Shown here: positions 56,291 to 64,000 of the stretch, in pieces
How positions within the stretch are numbered: the stretch's first letter is position 1
Layout of the letters: each line of letters opens with the position of its first letter
Assembly: GCF_009914755.1 (NCBI RefSeq)
Contig: NC_060936.1
DNA length: 64,000 nt
From: the human T2T-CHM13v2.0 reference genome, Homo sapiens
Strand: one strand, 5' to 3'
Position numbers and translations under genes: made by a program
Notes under the pieces: model-generated
The model's input: only the letters and a program-made list of their open reading frames with translations
Databases searched by the model: none
What the model was told of the DNA's origin: nothing

Positions 56291-58606
56291 TAGCCAGGAT
56301 GGTCTCGATCTCCTGACCTCATGATCCACCTGCCTCAGCCTCCCAAAGTGCTGGGATTACAGGTGTGAGCCACCGTGCCTGGCGGAATTGTTAATTTTAG
56401 AAAGTAGATTGCATTATTTAGTAGAAGAATAAAATGAGATCTGGCATAGCTTCCTGGCTAATTTATGACATATGTCACTCTGTTGTGAAGAGTGAAACTC
56501 CAACCCCTATGTGATTTGAGGTTTGAGACCTATGCATTATGGAGCATTTGAGGGAAAATATTCCAGCCAGTAGCCAGGATAAACATTTTGTGGCTTTTTT
56601 GGGGTTTTAATTGTTTATTAAATGTAAAGATAAGGCATAAATGTATACTTGGAAAAATTTTGCTCTCACTCAAACTAGTTATGCTTCTCTTGTTGATGCT
56701 TTTATTTCCTACTTAAAATAATAGTACCTTTTCCAAGTCTGGAATCTTAGAAAATCACTAACTTTTAAAGTTTTATAATGTTGGGGTCACATTGTTTGCT
56801 CAGACCCTTAAGAGAGAGAGGGATATAAGAGGAAATTTTGTAAAACATTGATAATTACTGCAGCTTAGATGATTAGCACATGTGGGTGAGCTATATACTA
56901 TTCTATTCCACTCCTAGCAGAGAAACAGCAAGTCCTGAGCCTTTTGTAGTGGTGGTAGACAGAGGCCAGGCAGGGAGGTTAGTCCAAGCTTCCTGCAGCC
57001 TTCCCTACCCACAAGCTACCTGGTCCTCTAGAACCATAACCGCAGTGGCATCTGCAGTTACTTTTTTTTTTTTTTTTTTTCAGTTGAACCAATTTCTTAA
57101 GGTTTGCTCTAATTCTAACATTATGATCATATGAATTCAATATCCATGATCTATCTGTTCTCTTAGAGGCTATAAATCAATTTTTTGTGCTGTCATTCCC
57201 ACTTCCAGAGGCTGGCCAGTAAGTGTTATAAGCCTATTTTCAAAACTTACTGTATAGCCAGCCAGGATCATGCCTGTAATCCCAACAGTTTAGGAGGCCA
57301 AGGGGAAAGGATCAGTTTGAGACCAGAAGTTCGAGACTACCTTGGACAACAAAGCAAGAGCCTGTCTCTACAAAGAATAATTAGTCGGGCCTGGAAGCCC
57401 TCTCCTATAGTCCCAGCTTCTCAGGAGGCTGAAGCAGGGGGATAATTTGAGCCCAGGAGTTCAAGGCTGCAGTGAGCTGTGATTGATTGCACCACTGCAC
57501 TCCAGCCTGGGCAACAGAGTGAGACCCTGTCTCTAAAGAAGAGATTATTGAGGCTGGGTGCAATGACTCATGCCTGTAATCCCAGCACTTTGGGAGGCTG
57601 AAGTCGGCAGAGCACTTGAGGTCGGGAGTTTGAGACCAGCCTGGCCAACATGGCAAAACTGCGTCTCTACTAAAAATATAAACAATTAGCTGGGCATGAT
57701 GGCCCACACTTGTAGTCCCAGCTACTCTTGAGGCTGAGGCACGAGAATAGCTTGAACCCTGGGTTGAGGGGTACGGAGGTTGCAGTGAGCCCAGATTGAG
57801 CCACTGCATTCCAGTCTGGGCAGTCTGGGCAACCAAAGGGTTGATTTTTATCCTTTGAAATTTAATATTACTTTAGTGTCCTGACTTAAAGGATTAATTT
57901 AATTATGACAGAATCAAAAAGAATAAAAAAGTTTTCTCTTTGATAAGATATGGGAGTTTGGAGGAAATGTGATAAGACTCTTAAAATCCTGTCTAAATGA
58001 ATAGTCAGTGAATTTTTTCCGTAAAAGGCCATATGGTAAATATTTTAGGATTCTTGGGGCATAGGGTCTCTAGTAGCTACTTAACTCTGCTTATGTAGTG
58101 TGAAAGTAGCACTAGAAAATATCGAAATAAATAAGCATGGCTGTATTTTAATAAAGCTTTATTTACAAAAAGCTGATGGGCTGGATTGGCCCATGGTGCA
58201 GTTTGCCAGCCCCTGACATAAACACTGTTACTAGTGTAGTAACTCCATACTCGGCTACATCAGAATCTCTTGGATTTTCTTACAAACACAGAATCCTAAG
58301 CCTTAATATATCCCAGAAATCAGTAAAATTCAAGTTCGTTTCTAGATAAAGAAGGAAAAAGTTTGTGTATTGTTATTTTAGTTTAAAATTGTCAGGGGAT
58401 CTGTCTTGTATTATTTAATTGTATTAGTCTTATAAGAGAATACTTGAAGATGAAAAAGTGGCATATGTGCTCAAAATGGAGGATTTGCCCTTTCAGATTG
58501 CCTTTTAGAGCTCTGCTCCCTGTATTTCACTTGAGTGGTTATTGAGAAATGATCTTTGCCAGCAGTTGAAAAGCCAAACAAGATTTTGTTTTATTTTCTT
58601 ATACAG

Positions 58607-58749
58607 TTAAGCATGATTGGGACAGAATGATAGAAGCTGTACAGAATCACATTGGCTCTTTGAATTGGGGCTACCGAGTAGCTCTGCGGGAGAAAAAAGT
58701 CGTCTATGAGAATGCTTATGGGCAATTTATTGGTCCTCACAGGATTAAG
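58607..58749 (+). CDS. TXNRD1: TXNRD1 coding exon ([48 protein letters not shown])
   Basis: ATACAG| acceptor, AAG|GTAATT donor, 143 nt, frame consistent. Confidence 0.97.
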
Positions 58750-59163
58750 GTAATTGTGTGACATCCTGACTAGCTTTTTTTTTTTCTTTTTTCTCTTTTT
58801 AAAAGCTTTGGTTAGAAAATGTTAAAGTATTATAATAAAAGTAATAGCCACTGTGACCCAGACTATCCAGTTTGGTGATTTTGCTATCATATCATCCTAT
58901 GGGGCCTTGTGTGGAGGTATGGTAAAGTGTAAGTATGCTGGACCAGACCGCCTGGTTTTGAGGCTTGGCTCCAGCACTTACTAACATTGTGACTTTGAGT
59001 AAGTCTGTTAACTACTCAGTCTTAATTTATCCTTTTTACTATATTATTGTCCTCATTATGAGGATGAAATGAGACAATGTAGTGAATGGCCTTTGTTAAC
59101 TATGAAGTTTACAATTCTGAGGAATGATTACTTAATAAGGTTTTCATATTGGTTCCTTTGTAG

Positions 59164-59279
59164 GCAACAAATAATAAAGGCAAAGAAAAAATTTATTCAG
59201 CAGAGAGATTTCTCATTGCCACTGGTGAAAGACCACGTTACTTGGGCATCCCTGGTGACAAAGAATACTGCATCAGCAG
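59164..59279 (+). CDS. TXNRD1: TXNRD1 coding exon ([39 protein letters not shown])
   Basis: TTGTAG| acceptor, CAG|GTAAAG donor, 116 nt. Contains the flavoprotein IATG motif. Confidence 0.97.
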
Positions 59280-60009
59280 GTAAAGGAAAAAAGCAGGGTG
59301 GAAAAGAAAAACCCATTGTGGATATTGCTTTCGCATTTTTCTTCAAACCCACTGCGTCAATTTCTTGGGCTTCAGACAGATTTCTTTGCCACATTGTGCC
59401 CTCTCTGGGGGCAGGGGTTTGGGAGAAAGAGAAAAAGGAAAAATGATTTTAAAGGAGAACATTTTAAATATTGAAAACTTCAAACATTGGTCATCTTGCT
59501 ACACAGAGTATCACTAACATACTAGTATAGATTTACATTTGTATTCGAAATTTATTTATGCATGTATGAGTATGAAAGTATGTAATAAAACCAAATGGAT
59601 ATTCACAAACATTTTGTAAAATAGGTATGATACATATATACATTTAGATTTTGTAAAATGAGGATCATGTATTACCCTTTAACACTTGCAGAGTGGCTGC
59701 TAAAAGAATTAGAGGCTGTCAGGCCATTTAGATTTATCAGAATCTAGACCCTACTCAATGCTGTTTGAATGGTTGCAGTGTCAGTGTAGAAGGACCTCCT
59801 GAAACAAGTCAAGCAAGGAGATGTTTTGCTGTGTGGTTTATTTTTGCCCGTCAAATGGTAACACTGCTGACATTGTTCAGGAGCTTTCAATTATGAAGTC
59901 ATTAAGACAGAGTGTTGGTAAATGTGTCTTCTTGGATGCTTTTTGCTCAGGAGTTTCTGATTGTGTTATAAATTACTCTACTCCTTCAGGCTCTTTTTGG
60001 TATATGCTT

Positions 60010-60207
60010 TTATCCTTTCTCACATGGTGGGAGAGGGAGAGGCAGGTCTCTGGGGCCTTTTTTATGAGGACAGTAGCCCCATTCATGAGTGCTCTGCCCT
60101 CATGGCCTAATCACCTCCCAAAAGCCCAACCCCTAATATCATTGCCTTGGGGTTTAGGATGTTAATGTGTGCATTTTGGGGATACATAAACATTCAGACA
60201 ATAGCAG
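60010..60207 (-). mobile_element. MaLR LTR fragment (MLT1/MST-like)
   Basis: CTCACATGG...CCCATTCATGAG...GCCCTCATGGCCTAATCACCTCCCAAAAG...AACATTCAGACAATAGCA pattern. Confidence 0.65.
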
Positions 60208-60581
60208 GCTCCCTTCCAATATTTTTTAAAAACTCATTCTCTAACATGCTTTTATGATCTCTGTGTCCCTAGCTCAACTAGAAGACTTTTGTCAGGTTCT
60301 ACTCCTTATAGTTGGCTTTTATATTATAAGATATTGAAAGTTTTTTTTTTTTTCTGCATCCTAGTCCACATTCTTGATAATAATTGGTGTTTCAGCTGAG
60401 GACAAGCAACACAGGTTTTTCCACCTCAGAGCTGAGTGGTGGCATGAGGATGGAGGTTAGGGTTTGCAAATCTATAATTTGTTCCAAACAGTTCAAAATC
60501 ATTTAGTGTGAAGATGAATTGGACTAACTGACTAATATCAGAAGTTACACAGTTTGCTGTGTTTAGCTATGGGTAGCTTGA

Positions 60582-61151
<570 letters not shown>

Positions 61152-62090
61152 TAAACTTGTACCTCCCTACCATCTAAACACCTATATAGCTTTGTTCTTA
61201 TTTGTAGATTAATAATCTCTTCCTTTGTCAACTTTCTAAATTTTGGTTTTCTTCTCTTCTGTTTAATGCTTTCCTTTATGCATTCCTTTGTCATCTTTGG
61301 TCTCTTAATACTTTGTTTCTTCATATGTACCAGAGATTTAAATAAGAGTTCAACACTAGGCCCCACCTGCACTCCCTGGCTCCCCACAGGACATTTCCCC
61401 TTGGTATATGATAACATAAACACTACATAAACACTACATACTTCTGGCATCCCTGAAAGTGATTATCTCATTTATTTATGTGTGCTAACCTTTTTCGCTC
61501 TTTTAATCTTTTGAAAGGAGCTAATACTATGCCAAGTCACACCTGGGATTTGTTACCATTATCACAAATGTTTTCATATATGAGTGACAAAATTGAACAC
61601 TTAGTGTGTGTCTCAGACTAATAGGTAATTTTCTCTAGTGCAGGGAAAATGGTGGGACTATTTTGTTAAAGTTAAGGAATTATAGTTGTCTTTTTTTTTT
61701 TTTTCATCTCTCAGTGGGTTGACTTGAGTTGTGTATGTGACTATGGATCTCCTAATGCTGATAGATAAGAATATGAACTTTGGGATCAGAATGACCTGAA
61801 TTCAGATAATATTCTGCCAGTTTCTTGCTCTATGACTTTGGAAGAGTTACCTCTCTGAACCCGTTTCTTCTGTAAAATGAGGTTGAAAATAGCATCTAAC
61901 AATTCTTGTGAGGATTGCATTAGCCAACACTTATAAAGTAATTAGAAAAGTACCTGGTAGAGAGTAAGTTTAAAGTGAATCATCTCATAATATTGTTATG
62001 AAGATTAAGGCACAAATTTCCTGGAAGCTGTCAGTGCTTGATTACTGTAGCTGTTTTTTATTTTTACCTTTTTTTTTTTTTTTTTTTTGA

Positions 62091-62198
<108 letters not shown>

Positions 62199-62493
62199 TA
62201 ACTGGGGCCACAGGTGCGTGCCACCACACCCGGCTAATTTTTATATTTTCAGTAGAGAGGGCTTTCACCATGTTGGCCAGGCTGGTCTTGAACTCCTGAC
62301 CTCAAGTGGTCCTCCCAGTGCAGTGTCCCAAAGTGCTGAGATTACAGGCCTGAGCCACTGCGCCTGGCCTGTAGCTGTTTTTTAGAGTAGAGGTATATAT
62401 GCTATATTTGCATTAGAGCTATGATTCATAAACAACAGCTGTATGTATATGCTGTACTGATAGAAAGTAACATCTTCCTATATACAATTTTTT

Positions 62494-63480
62494 TTTTTTA
62501 ATTTATTTTTTTATTGATAATTCTTGGGTGTTTCTCACAGAGGGGGATTTGGCAGGGTCATGGGACAATAGTGGAGGGAAGGTCAGCAGATAAACAAGTG
62601 AACAAAGGTCTCTGGTTTTCCTAGGCAGAGGACCCTGCGGCCTTCCGCGGTGTTTGTGTCCCTGATTACTTGAGATTAGGGAGTGGTGATGACTCTTAAC
62701 GAGCATGCTGCCTTCAAGCATCTGTTTAACAAAGCACATCTTGCACCGCCCTTAATCCATTTAACCCTGAGTGGACACAGCACATGTTTCAGAGAGCACA
62801 GGGTTGGGGGTAAGGTCACAGATCAACAGGATCCCAAGGCAGAGGAATTTTTCTTAGTGCAGAACAAAATGAAAAGTCTCCCATGTCTACTTCTTTCTAC
62901 ACAGACACGGCAACCATCCGATTTCTCAATCTTTTCCCCACCTTTCCCGCCTTTCTATTCCACAAAGCCGCCATTGTCATCCTGGCCCGTTCTCAATGAG
63001 CTGTTGGGCACACCTCCCAGAAGGGGTGGTGGCCGGGCAGAGGGGCTCCTCACTTCCCAGTAGGGGCGGCCGGGGCGGCTGGCCGGGCGGGGGGCTGACC
63101 CCCCACCTCCCTCCCGGACGGGGCGGCTGGCCGGGCAGAGGGGCTCCTCACTTCCCAGTAGGGGCGGCCGGGCAGAGGCGCCCCTCACCTCCCGGACGGG
63201 GCGGCTGGCCGGGCGGGGGGCTGACACCCCCACCTCCCTCCCGGACGGGGCGGCTGGCCGGGCGGGGGGCTGACACCCCCACCTCCCTCCCGGACGGGGC
63301 GGCTGGCCGGGCGGGGGGCTGACACCCCCACCTCCCTCCCGGACGGGGCGGCTGGCCGGGCAGAGGGGCTCCTCACTTCCCAGTAGGGGCGGCCGGGCAG
63401 AGGCGCCCCTCACCTCCCGGACGGGGCGGCTGGCCGGGCGGGGGGGCTGACCCCCCCCCCACCTCCCTCCCGGACGGGGA
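62494..63480 (-). mobile_element. 5'-truncated SVA retrotransposon (young, SVA_F-like), antisense in a TXNRD1 intron
   Basis: Poly(T), SINE-R region (about 62500-63000) and GC-rich VNTR (about 63010-63480). Perfect TSD CCTATATACAATTTTTT at 62477-62493 and 63481-63497. Confidence 0.93.
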
Positions 63481-64000
63481 CCTATATACAATTTTTTAAC
63501 ATTTGGGGAGTTGTGGACCCTTTTGAAAACCTGGTGGACTATTCCTAGTAAAATAGGGTTACCAGAGTATCTGATTCCCACAGCTGGGTATTAAACTCTT
63601 GCTGTATTATAAAGTGACCGAATGGAAGGAACCTTCTGTGGAGAGTGGGGAGAGGGTACATTTTGGACAGAGAATGTAGTATGTGTACAAAGGCTCTGTG
63701 GGGAGAAATATTGTTCTAGATACCAAAAAGGCCTGATTGAAGTACAAAAGTGAATAAGGGTGGAGGTGGGATGAGGCCCTTATCATTTCCAAACAAATCT
63801 TAAGCAATGGACCAATTAAGCTCTTTTCCAAGGATTAGAACATTTTGATTAAAATTAAACAAGAAAGACTTCTCCAGTATGTTCAGAGAGGCTCATTTAA
63901 CTATATAAGAAGGAAAGGGAATTCAGGAAGGAAATTTTTATTATTTATTGATGTCAAATAAAATAACCCTGGATAGTTTCCCAGGTGGGTTTCGTTTTTT

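Noticed and set aside
62503-63581. Pro/Arg/Gly-rich ORFs up to 208 aa
   Set aside because: Translations of the SVA SINE-R and VNTR.

Overview
Human genomic DNA from the TXNRD1 (cytosolic thioredoxin reductase 1) locus, chr12q23.3, with the gene on the + strand. Positions 1-26.6 kb are repeat-dense intron of the long upstream-promoter (glutaredoxin-domain) isoform. The CpG-island core promoter, with an NRF2 ARE, an octamer and GC boxes, lies at about 26.6-27.1 kb. Several alternative 5' exons follow, then six coding exons of the reductase module (51000-61010). The C-terminal Sec codon and SECIS are outside the window. Three sense-strand retrocopies are nested in the introns: the EID3 (NSE4B) retrogene, an intact-ORF RPL18A retrocopy and a decayed RPL28 pseudogene. 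Repeats include roughly 60 Alus (counted by eye), solo LTRs (LTR7, LTR10, LTR13, MLT2, one LTR47-like), Tigger1/MER DNA-transposon fossils, L2 and a young 5'-truncated SVA. I see no new multi-gene system. The best leads are: (1) an in-frame TAG that cuts a 38-codon N-terminal extension off EID3; (2) splice-dependent uORF logic in the TXNRD1 leader; (3) a GC-AG intron after the FAD-binding exon; (4) a CPHC-containing alternative N-terminal exon; (5) nested Alu>LTR>Alu structures carrying AP-1/ARE motifs; (6) two local templated duplications. Repeat subfamily and reference-protein calls are from memory, not database searches.
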